A stretch of 61,607 bases of DNA, the filler included, from Sphacelaria rigidula (Eukaryota), in the NCBI GenBank assembly GCA_964200075.2. It is 3 parts of 3 records of this genome, joined end to end, with 100 filler letters (N's around TTAATTAATTAA, not from the genome) between each part and the next. Parts side by side here need not be neighbours in the genome. Positions count along the whole stretch, not along the records: positions 20,574 to 41,044 come from CAXNAA020000527.1; positions 41,145 to 61,607 come from CAXNAA020000528.1; 1 more part is not named here. One strand, written 5' to 3'. The first letter of the stretch is position 1. The number at the start of each line of letters is the position of its first letter. Below are positions 38,124 to 49,600 of this stretch, in pieces. The notes under the pieces are model-generated. The model worked only from the letters and a program-made list of their open reading frames with translations. It was not told the origin of the DNA and did not search any database. The translations under genes were made by a program, and so were the position numbers.

Positions 38124-38802
38124 TTATTCCGTGCTGGTTGCACATGGGTCGGGATGGACAGTGCCCACCGGAGAACCAGCGGAGCAACGGCCGGTTGCGG
38201 AAGAAGTTGGCCGGAAACAGTAGGTAGGCAGGCACAGATTTTTACGCGCAAATTTTTGTTCCGCGTCCAATTTCGAACCTCGGAGCCAAGCGAATATGAA
38301 AAGCAGACTAGGCTCCTCTCTGTGGGGTGATCTAAAGTATCCGAGACGTGTGTTGGCGGTTTTCTCGGCTTGGGAGTCATAAGGTGGGTCAAACGTCATG
38401 AAAGTGGACAATCCGTGGGCCGAAGATCTGTTTGCCATAACATCCGGCCTTAGACCCTGAAATTGTGCACAGATATTCTATGGGTGACTACGCAACTTTC
38501 GAAGAACGATTTTTTCTCCACTTTTTGGCGTTTTTCACCGTTTTCCGGGGGTCCCCATTTTTTCGGGAGAACATCGATCCAATCGGACCCCGTGAAACGG
38601 TAGAGAAAAAAAAGAGAGGAAGCCTCGTTCTTCCAGAGTTGTGTAATCACTCGTAGAACAGCTGTACAATATTAAATATTTCAGGGTCTAACGGCGTGAG
38701 GCTTTTCGCTTTTGTGCGATAAACCTTGGCGTGCCGCGGTGAAACCGCAAAGTACTTGATTTTTGTACCAAAACCGCGTCTTTGGGTCTTCTTTGACGTT
38801 AA

Positions 38803-40103
38803 CCCTTTTGGGACCGGGCCTCCAGAACGACCAAGTAGGCTGATCAGGAATGACGTGTGACGTTTGCACAAAACAATGGTGTGTTGCTGAAAATCCGCGT
38901 ATGTAACCGCACGGTTATGACGAAGACCGAAAGTTTCATCCGAATTATTTTCAGGTGCAGGGTGCGCATTAGGTGGTGTATATCTGATGTAGCAAGCAGT
39001 GTGAGTCGTGGTAAAGACCTAGCTTCCAACAGGATGCGGCAACCGGCGGGCCGCCCGCCACTTGTGGCTTTGGATTATACTGTTGTCCCCATTACCTTGC
39101 CACACAGTCCTTTGTGGTCGGGGTGGGCCGCCGTTTCCCCCCTTGTTGCATGCGGCAAATTCTCTTCGCAGGGAATCAGCGTTGCGGCGCTCACGCATAC
39201 AGCAGTATAGTATAGAGTAAAGTGTAGTACCCCTCTCCGATTGAAGCAGCAGCTACCGCTGCACACACCCTTGCACGTTCTGGGCAGTTTTCGGCTACCG
39301 TGATCAACTGCCTATATACAGCTTCTTGATCCCCATCCACAGCGTACTTGTTCACTGCACCCTGCAAGTCATCGCCAGAGGGATAAGCAGAACTCACGAC
39401 AGTAGATCCTTTTGTTTTTCCGCAGCCCACATGGTTTTAGGTCGTGGTGAAAATGACCACATGGTAGCATGTACACTCCTTCCCGGCTTTTCCGGTCGAC
39501 CCTGTGTTGGTGTAAATTACTACGTTTTAGTAGGGAATGGAGACCCAAGAAAACCACCGGAAAACTCGGGAACGGTATACTGAGTGCACGTCATATCAGA
39601 GTAATGCCACGGGAGGGGTGTACAAATAATTTCTGAGGTAAGAATTCTTAGGAGCCCTTTATCTCATCCAAAACAAGACTTGTGAAATAAGTGAGAGAAT
39701 GCCAGGATTACAATCCCAATGTACTAGGGATATACCGAATGAAATTGCAAACGGGGATGCCCTGACCCATATTCTTGTGCATCTACGATCGTTAGGAGCC
39801 CCTGAACCAGACAAGATTCTGCGCAAAAAGTGCACCCCTACCGTAGCATTGCTCATCATATAACCAAGTTCCGACCGCCTTGCGCTTGGAAACCTGCGAA
39901 GACTTATCTGGGCCAGGGATAGAGTCCCCATACGATATTTACAGTGGCATCATACTCGCCAACAATCCTAGCACTGGTCGTTCGGGTCTGGTCAATAAAT
40001 TTCGCCTCGCCGTGATCGGGCAGGTCGCACGAAGACTTATTTTATCATTATTTCACTAACACAGGGTCGACCCTGTGTTAGTGGGGGGTCGGTCCCAAAA
40101 GGG
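38803..40103. mobile_element. Non-autonomous piggyBac-like element
   Basis: 14-bp TIR CCCTTTTGGGACCG / CGGTCCCAAAAGGG flanked by TTAA on both sides; no intact ORF. Confidence 0.8.
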
Positions 40104-40490
40104 TTAACAGGAAAATTCAAGCATCAGTTGATCGAGTTTTGCGAGGAAATTTTGTGGGGCCCTCCCTTGGATTATGCGGCAACAAATCGTGCGCGAAAAA
40201 ATGAAAAAAAAATCGTAGTACCGGTTTTACGGGGTTCCAGGAGCAATGCTACGGTAGGGGTGCACTTTTTGCACGAAATCTTTTTGTCTGGTTCAGGGGG
40301 CTCAAACCAGTTCTAGATGCCCGAAAACATGGGTCAGGACATTCCCTTTGCAAATAAATTTGGGATATCCCCAGTACGTTGGAATAGTAGTCCTGGCGTA
40401 CTCTCACATATTTTCATAAGTCGTGTTTTGGATGAGATGAAGGGCTCCTAACAATTCTAACCTCAGAAAATATTTGTGCACCCCTACCGT
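39610..40490. repeat. Diverged inverted repeat (~245-bp arms, 39610-39853 / 40241-40490)
   Basis: e.g. aagtgcacccctaccgtagcattgctc versus gagcaatgctacggtaggggtgcactt; it straddles the right end of the piggyBac-like element. Confidence 0.8.
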
Positions 40491-41044
40491 ACCGTAGCAT
40501 CACTCCCAGAATGGAGACAACTTCGAAAAACGACTTCGATCCCGTCGGAGCCCCGGAAAACGTTAAAGAAACTCAAAAAGTGAAGAGAAAAAAAAACGTC
40601 CGTAGAAAGTTTCGTTATGATACATAGCATCTGTGTGCAAAGTTTCAGGATATAACTCCTAATAACGGCGTGAAGGTTTGCGCGTTTGTGGAGGACGTGG
40701 GCTTGGAACGCGCAACTCCTAACTACTTGGTTTTAGTATGGAAACGTCTTTCGTGGTGAATTTTACGTCAAGGCAAGAAAAACTGTATGAGGTTTTCGAT
40801 TTTCTCCACCAAACTTTGTACATGTGTTCCTTGGACTATCCCAGGACGCATCATTCTATTATTGTTTTTTAGGTTAGTCTGTACCGCCTTCCGGGGGTCT
40901 TCATACTGGGACCACCGTAAGCCGGTAGAGAACGGAGAAAACACGAATTGTTGTCAAGAATGCATTTTTTTAATTTGGAGCGTGTAGCCAAAATACACCA
41001 AGGCGTAGTAGATGTAGCATGTGTAGGATCCTGGATGATGACCA

Positions 41045-41144
41045 NNNNNNNNNNNNNNNNNNNNNNNNNNNNNNNNNNNNNNNNNNNNTTAATTAATTAA
41101 NNNNNNNNNNNNNNNNNNNNNNNNNNNNNNNNNNNNNNNNNNNN
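41045..41144. other. Assembly gap with artificial six-frame-stop linker
   Basis: N44-TTAATTAATTAA-N44. Confidence 0.97.
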
Positions 41145-41246
41145 AGCAATAGAAGCAGCAGAGCAAGGGGTTCAGGTGGGTGAGGATATGGTATCAGGAT
41201 TGATGTTCGCGACTAAGGCAAGCAACAAATGAGTACGCCCCCAATG

Positions 41247-41280
41247 GACTACGGCATGCATGCTCATGAGTACACCCCCC
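41247..41280 (+). mobile_element. Family C 3' fragment
   Basis: gactacggcatgcatgctcatgagtacaccccc. Confidence 0.6.
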
Positions 41281-41823
41281 CAAGACCAGTCCCCAAACTA
41301 TCGCGAAGAAAATGATCTTACAACGCGCGATAGCTGGTGTCAGACTGCATGGAGTGCCTCGTATCGTCGACATTGGGGAAACCGTTCCGAAGCGTGGGGT
41401 TTCCATGCTGCTCGGTGCGTCCCAGGGGGGCTATCGCGGCATCACATATTCGAGCTCACCCATAAATCAACTTATAACGAGTGTGTGGGCTTGTGCAACA
41501 CACTCATGGGTCCCTTTGTTTCGCGCAATTTTACAACTCCCCCACACTCTCTTTCTTTTACAATCACTCCCGGCCCCTACCTTATCATCGAACCACTACT
41601 TCACCTTCACTTTCTTCGAGTGAAGGACGGGTCAAGGAAATGTAGCGTGGCAGCGTGGTATCAGTACCAGCAGTAGAGAAGAACATATATGATATTTCAA
41701 GGTTTAAGTGAAAGTTGTCTACCCCACATATGAATCAACGACGTGAGAGCGTCAAACATCACCCCTCCTGGGCTGGACAGCCAAATGATCCAAATAAAAC
41801 GCATGCTTGGTAAACGACCCCAG

Positions 41824-42036
41824 GTGGCTGCTGGCGCCAAAAAAGACGCCGACGCCGGGAGAAAAGCGGTGGCCGCGGGGGCAGAAACCACAGACGCACA
41901 AGGAATAGATGCGGAGCGGAAGTCAGGACATACGGAGGCGTCCGGCGTGTCGACGCTGGAAGCGGAAGTGGCTGCCAGAGAAACAGCGTTGCAGGGGGCC
42001 CTCCGTGAGCAGAAAATGTACCTGTCAGTCCTGAAG
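41824..42036 (+). CDS. Exon of repeat coiled-coil gene (VAAGAKK...YLSVLK)
   Basis: cccag| ... aag|gtaaga, 213 nt, phase 0-0. Confidence 0.75.
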
Positions 42037-45000
42037 GTAAGAAAAAAAACGTTGAACGGGGGATCGTAATTTTGTAGAAGCCGATAATGTAGTGATACTC
42101 GATCACTATCTGAAGGTAGGCAACCTAGTCTAACTTCCAGATCATACAGAGCAAGTGCCAACCGTAGTCTGCGGCATAAATATTCTTGTGTTTTTTTTCC
42201 TGCAGATTTTCCCCACTGGATGCATGAGAAATCTCGGCGATTTGTTGCTACTGCCATACGTAGATTGTCGGTTGAACGGGTTGCATGTTGTTTCGGCCAT
42301 CGCGTCGCTAGATATACCACAGTACCACGGTGGCGATGTACGATGCTTCCATTCGGGATGGACCCAAGTGCCGAAATTACTCCTCACGTTCATATCTTCC
42401 TTGAAACCACGTCTCCTTCTCAAGTCTACAACCCGGCACGACTGATAAGATCGGCACGAGTAGCGCAGCAGTGGTCTTCCCCGCGGCGATGTATAAAACC
42501 TACCATGTGTTTCCGACGTCGGTAGCGGCCTAAGAACCGTCCCACGTCAGGAGGGGGAGTGTTCTAATCATTATCTCACCCTAAAATAGCGGCTTTGATC
42601 TGTATGTCCGTATCCAGCGATGCTTCGGTAGCTTGACGACGCTGTCTCCCACGTAAAGACTCAGGAAATGACGTGTTTTGCTATGCGTCTCGTTCACAAA
42701 CCCTACCGTGAGATTGCTCTTGAGTCGGCACATATGCTCCTCTCCTTGGACATCCTGATGATCCACGCGTGCATGGACTTCTCAGATTGCGCGCGTACGC
42801 AGAGACGGAGACAGACGGCTGCTGTTCCGAGGCTGGAGCCGACTATGCTTGCACGCTGCATCCCTCAATGCAGCCGAGGCAGCCTCGGCCTCCTCCACCG
42901 CCGCTTCCAGAGCCGCTAGGGCCGAAGCGATGGACAAACAAGCCGCGGTTGCCGAAGAGAAGGCGGAGGCATGGGAAAGAGAGGCAGTGAAGGCGAAAGA
43001 GGAAGCATCGCAGGACGTATCGAGGTTGGCGGCGTTGGTGCAGGATGTTGGTGACACAGCGCAACAGTCGGAGCGCACGGTTCGGAAGCTGAACGCACGC
43101 CAGGGTTTGTGGCTGGTGAGGAGCGGTGTTCTCGAAATGTTTTAGAAGTACGTTATCGATTTATCTAGATTTTTCATCGTTGAAATAGTTCAACCTATGA
43201 AAATGTTATATATCCCTTTGGCCTTTGACAATCGTAGACTGTGAAGTGCAGGTTAGGACCAACACGACCTAACGAGACATAATGTACTCCACGCTATGCA
43301 GAATCCACTCGAATCGAACTCATAAAAATGGCACAACATCTATGGAGTGTACTCGAGTAATTGATCGATGAAACCCGTGTTGAGTGTGAAAGTAGTCGTC
43401 GCTGAGTTGAGCGCTTTACACCTTGAAGGTGAGCGGCACACCTCGAAACTGACTTACCGCACACCAGCACTACCTTCTCCAAAACTAGATGCCGCGCCTG
43501 ATGGTCAGACGGGCACATCGACGGCTACTACGTTGGGCGGAGAAGTCATAGCGACTTCAAATCCCATCTGTAATGATTTATTTCACTGGTTTACATCGCG
43601 GACAACGTGGGGATGTAAGCAAGCCGAAACGCGACGAAAGTCGGCTGGCTTCAGGGGTGTTGATCTAATGCTTGGCAACACGTTCTCGGGCAAGCACCGG
43701 GAGGGAGGGGGGTTAATCCTCTCGGGTCGCAGGGTTCCCCCTAGGAAAGGGGGAGTCTCGAATTCTGACGGAGAAAGAGGAACGAGTATGTACCACTACT
43801 GTTGCGCGTGACAATATCACATTCCAAAAACCTCTCTCCGGTCAGCAATTTGATGTCACGAGTTCTGCTTTCCGGAACTCGGGCACCTTTCCTGCTGAAC
43901 TTTATCCACTCCTACTGTGACTAACATACGGCGCTATCAAAGGTAGAAGAAGATCTTATGATGCTTTTACATTTGCATGAAGACATCTCCCCGGTCTGGC
44001 AGCAACGCAGACTTCAGGAAGGGAAGTGAAGGTTGATCGTAGGTAGTACAGCGCTGCCCGACTTTATCATCACACCCGAGAGATGAGGGCATCCCCTGCA
44101 ACCTTCTGTCTTCTCTGGAAACCCCAACCCGGTACATTTGTATCAGCGCGTGAGGCTAGGGACGTGCGCGATCACCGGGACTACCGGTCGCTTGTTGTTT
44201 ACCCAACCATCCACCGTTCGTCGGCCCCTTCTTTCACAGGTGGCTCGAGTATGTAGAGATGTAGACCGACGGCGACTCTTCCGAGGATGGCTGCGGCTGT
44301 GCCTACAGTCCGCCTCTCCCGCGGCAGAGGAGGCAGTCTCGGCCTCCGCTACCACGAAAGCTAGCGATGAAGAAGCCGGGGCAACGGAGATACGAGCGTC
44401 TACTGCCGATAAGGCTGCAACAGCGACGAGGGTTCGTGCCGAAGAAGCGGCACTGGGCGAAGCCTGCAGTGCTTGCGCGGCGCTTCGAGATGCGGTTGGC
44501 GCATCGGAACGGAGCGTACAAATGCAGGGGATACATCGCGCTGTGGTGCTGGTGCGTGGGGGTTTACCATTCTCGAGAGTATCCTCTATTTTTCATGCAC
44601 AGGAAAGGGGGGTATCAGATCATTTCATCGAGGAAATACATTCGCACAGAATAGGGGGATGAACCGAGCTGCATGGGGCATATTTTTTTCAAAAAAGAAG
44701 CAGAAAAATTATATTTTTAATTTTAACTTCTTCGTCAATGTTCAAGATCAAAGATGCTCGGATACTCATCCTTATCTAATTGACACGTTGGTCTAAATAC
44801 CGCGGTAATCGCGCGTGTGGCATGTTTCCTCCTCATCGGAAACCGAAAATAGTAGAATGATATTGTCACCCCTCGGTTGGATCCTGATTCTTGTTCCTCC
44901 CTCGTCGTTTCAGATCTCGAACGCGTGGCAGCGCAGAGTACGACGTCTCCTGTTCCGTGCGTGGAACCGCTTGAGTTTGCACGCGGCCTCTCTCAACGCT

Positions 45001-46616
45001 GCTGAAGCAAAAACATCGGCCGCCGCGGCCGCCGCAAGGGTTGCCAGGTCGGTGTGTACACATGGTCAGCCTGAGAAAAACGGTTGACGCACCGTCTGAT
45101 GTCCAAGTAGCCTCCTCTCACGTGGTGTTGAGGCCTCGGTATTAAATATCTATGTGCCCTCCGATAGAAAAGTGTTACCAGACGGTTTCGGGAAACCGTT
45201 GCGTTGGTCTCTCTCGGTCACACGTTTGAGAGTGCGAATATTTAGCAAGCTGGGATAGGATCGGATATCGTGTTTTTTCTTCACAGAATACCACGCACAC
45301 TCATGTCGCGGAGAAAACAAAAACTGGGTTTAAAAAAAAACGGCTCAGCCAGCGAAACATTTCACACCTTGGACAATATATGGTCAATAGTTGCAATAGG
45401 CCTATACTTTATGCAGTACACTTCTCGTCTATTGCATCTATTGACCATATTTTGTCCAAGGTGTGAAGTATTTACACTCACCAGAGTCACGCTGACCAAA
45501 ACAACGCTGGTGTTGCGAAGCTGTCTACTATTGCCATGTTGATATCGACTATGGATCCCTACACGATGCAAACCAAGTGACGCCACCTGAGTCAACAAGA
45601 GTTAGGGGATGCAATCTATACGCCATGTAACATGTTCCAAAGGTCTTGGCCAAAGTAATAGCGGAGACCCTTGGCGTTTGTGGTGAGACCGTATCCGACA
45701 TGTCAGCATCTTTGGTGCTTGGTAAGCCTCTCTACAGTACCCACTTTGAGGGGCATCTGTCGGTCACGACAATTCGGCATGATCGCATTCAACACATCCT
45801 GCTTAGACATTGGGTGTAGACCCGGATCTATCGCTCGGTATGAGGTAATTATGTGCGGCGTGATACTTGGTTTTCGATATATGTTGATTTTAATGCGAAC
45901 CCTGATGTCGATACCGAGATATTGCAAAATTAGTACTTGAAAAACATGTTGACCAGCCGGAAAACCACGACATGAACGCCGGCCCGTTTCCCGATAGATA
46001 TCGATATTCTGAACAAACCTGACGCGCATCTCCATATTTCACTTGATGTTCAAGACGCCTCAACGGGAGCACAGATCCGGATGTTAGCTGGCGCGGACAT
46101 ATCGCCTGAACGCATATCAATACTTTTATGAACGACGTTCGAAACATCCACGCTCAAGTATTGTATGAGTTTGGTCTCGAGGTATCAAAGCTCAATATAT
46201 TATTAGTTTCCGAATTCTGAAACCAATCGGTATGCGATGCTGCCGCCAGGGCGGATGCTATGGAAAGGGAGGCCACTGTCGCCGAAGAGTCTGCGTCTGC
46301 GTTGGCAGAAGCGGTAGCCGCATCAAAGGAGGCGGCAATAAAGGAAATTTGTGATGTCTCAAAACTGGCAACAGATTTGAGAGATAGGGCGGAGATGTCG
46401 GAAAAAGAGTTGGGGGAGCAACGACTGCATAGGGCCGTGACACTGGTGAGTATGGGGATTTAGTATCGTGTTACACCATGCATTCGATCCCTGCACACCG
46501 TACATATTTCCTCATACCTTCTTATGGGTAGCTAGCCGGTGACCACGGAAGGCGTCCGTATCGGATGTCCAGTACGAATGTACCGCGCAGATATCGGAAC
46601 GGTGTTGAATATGAAG

Positions 46617-46658
<42 letters not shown>

Positions 46659-49600
46659 CCGTACGTATCAACGTAATGTTCACCATATTTTGCTCCTCTC
46701 GTGCTCAAGCATAGGCCAGCTCAATGTGCATTTACATTTGTCAGAGGTCCCGTTTATTTGTCACCCCGTTCAACTTCATTCACCGCCGGAAAAAGAACCC
46801 CGTAGACGTGCTCATTCTGGCATTGCCATGCGTACGACGTGCTTACCAGTCCTCTCGAATACGGTCGCTGCCCGTACCCTCCACGGTTATGCCAAGCTAA
46901 CTCACGCGAGGGGAAAGGCAGTAAACAGACTGCTGTTCCGAGGTTGGAGTCGACTGTCCCTGTACGCCGCCTCCCTCAACGCCGCTGAGGGGGCCCTAGC
47001 CGCCGCCGCCGCCGCGGTACCAAGCGTTGCCAGGTGCAGTATTGTAGGGGTGTACTTATGATCATGCATGCCATAGTCATCAGACCATTGACCTCGCACC
47101 CCTACAAAACCGGGACGGATCACGCCCGATTTTCGCGGGACCAGGCTCGGCAGTATTGTAGGGGAGTATAGCAGACGATAATCGGAATATCGAAGAGCAG
47201 ATCGAAGTACAGTATCGATATCACTCTCATGGTCTACGTTGTTATCAAAAAAGCATTCTGATTTGCTAGATGTCCAACACTGTTGACAATATCGATCGAA
47301 AATTCGGAGTGAATATCTAGGCACGCCTCTGCGTGTACGATGATCAGCATGGTATTGACATGAGGTGGAGAGTACCGATGCATACCTGGTGAAGGTCAGA
47401 ATATCTTTTTGGTGGCCGAAGCACCTGTAAAGTATCTCAACTGGCCTGCACTATGACCGTAGATTTTTCAACAATAATACGCGGTACGAACAGGGAATAG
47501 CGCAATGATTCGTGTATATAAATGCTAGATATCAGATTTTTTTGATACATCGGTGGGTATCAAAATCAACCATATTGGCACCAGACCACATGTGCAGTCA
47601 GAGGTTGTATTTAGTTACCCTTGCGACAAGCCGGACGGACGACGAGTGCCTATTGGGCCCAGCTGAGTTATCAAGAACACGGATGAGGCGAAATAGAAAT
47701 GGGTGCCCTATGAGCAGGACATACATTGCTTTGAGGTTGACAGAAAAGCAATCGTTGGTGGCCGCAGTGAACCGTGTTCGAAGTCTCCGTCAAGATGTTA
47801 CGACCAACATGGTTTATACACAATATCAAACAGCTTATGATAAAAGAGTAGAAGGGCATCGTATCAGGTCAGTTATTCTTGCGTATCGTCGTTCGCTCGT
47901 ACCGCTAGGGCGACGACCATGGGGGAGGCGTCATCCTTCGTCGATCAAAGGGTCATCGAGGATGATGTTGGAGCTGCCGATCCAGCAGTCACGGCGCCAG
48001 CAGAAGCAACACCAGCCGCAACGCAAGGTGCACCGCAGCAAGAAGGATCGGAGGTTTCGTCGAGATTGACTGAGAAGCTCAGTAGTCGGGCGGACAAGGC
48101 AGAGCGGGAGTTAGACCTGGTGGTGCAGGAACAAAACAAGTATCGGGCTTTGCTTCTGGTGAGGGAGGGAAACAAGAGGTTCAAAACGTAGCAGTGTCCA
48201 CCCATCAGTTACCGTAGCAGATACACATTTCCCCATCACGATAAAGCATATCACGGCTTGATATCCTGATACAGTACAAGTGGCCTTATTTGAAAAGAAA
48301 TAGCAAATGTCCTGCGTTGGCTGAATTAAACAGATCTTTCTTGAGATTGAGATTGTAGCTTCTGATTGAAAGAGAGTATTTATTGGGAGCACGTTGCTTC
48401 CATGCGTTCCTATTCGTGAACATAATCCTGACGGGTAATAACAGGGAACGATTCGTTTTGTTAGAATGAAAATAAAAAAGAGCGGGGATGAGCACATGGG
48501 CCATCAAACCATTCCTCTCTCTAATGTGCCTCTGCACGATATGATTTCCTGTGGTACATATTGCCGATCTAACTCGTTCATAGTCAAGATTCAATTGCAC
48601 TTCGATCGGTGTGGGTAAGTACGAGCATTCTGTACTTGACAGTCACGGTGTGGCTATCATATCCTATGAGCCCCAGCTATACGCACAGGCTCTAGCACAG
48701 AGCCAAGCAAACAAACTCGAGCACAAGCTTTAGTTCTCAACATGCATCCCAAAACCGATTTGAAATTCCACCACAGGTCGCTCGCGCATGGAACACCAGA
48801 GATCGTCTACTCCTGTTCCGAGGTTGGAGTCGACTGTGCTTACATGCAGCTTCCCTCAACGCCGTCGAGGGGGCTGCGACCGCTGCTGCCGCCACCAGCT
48901 CCGCCACAGCCGACCCCGTCGAAAAAGATGTCGCCACTGCTGCTGGTGCGGCAGCAACTGTCGAGGGTGAAGAATTGCAATGGCGAAGAACTACGGCCAT
49001 GCGTATAGTGAGTATGATTTCGGAAAAAATGTCTGTGTGACGTCGTGGGAATTTACGAGAAAAAGTAACTATGAGGGGGGCATACTCAGAAGATCGCGGA
49101 CGGATCCTCTGCGATGATCGGGCAGTCCCGGATGTCTCGCGAAGGCGTGGGTTTTAAAGTTGATGAGGTTTGTCGGGTAAAGTTTGTTGGCGATATTCAA
49201 GTATGTATTTCTGGCGTTGAGACGTGGTGCAGTTGATCTTGGTAGTTGAGAAATGACGCATCCCATCACCGTGTCTGGTACGCGATGGTTGCCAGGGATG
49301 TTTGGTGAGGGCTCGCGCGTGTTCGTTAGTCTCATTCTATCGCTGTCTCTGTAGCCGTAGCGCGCCGAATGGTCCCTTGTGTGGATATGGTTCATGTCCA
49401 TGGGATAAACGTGCCTTTTAGTCCCGTCGACCAACAAAACAGTGTCGTTCTTTGCAGCAACAATAAGAACGTGAGGGGAGTAGCGCGTTGCGAGATACCC
49501 CTTCGGGAGGCTTCAGGCGTGGTTGATAGGCCATGCTTATGCCGTGCATATTTTTCGTGTGAAGCCCTATTTGTTTAGCTCCCTGACGCAGGTAAGTTAA

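Noticed and set aside
47051..47149. Hammerhead ribozyme in family C (GAAA-hairpin-UU ... CUGAUGA)
   Set aside because: Stem I and the stem II closing pair cannot be formed, and the 21.7-kb copy has CTCATGA. Left only as a test to run.
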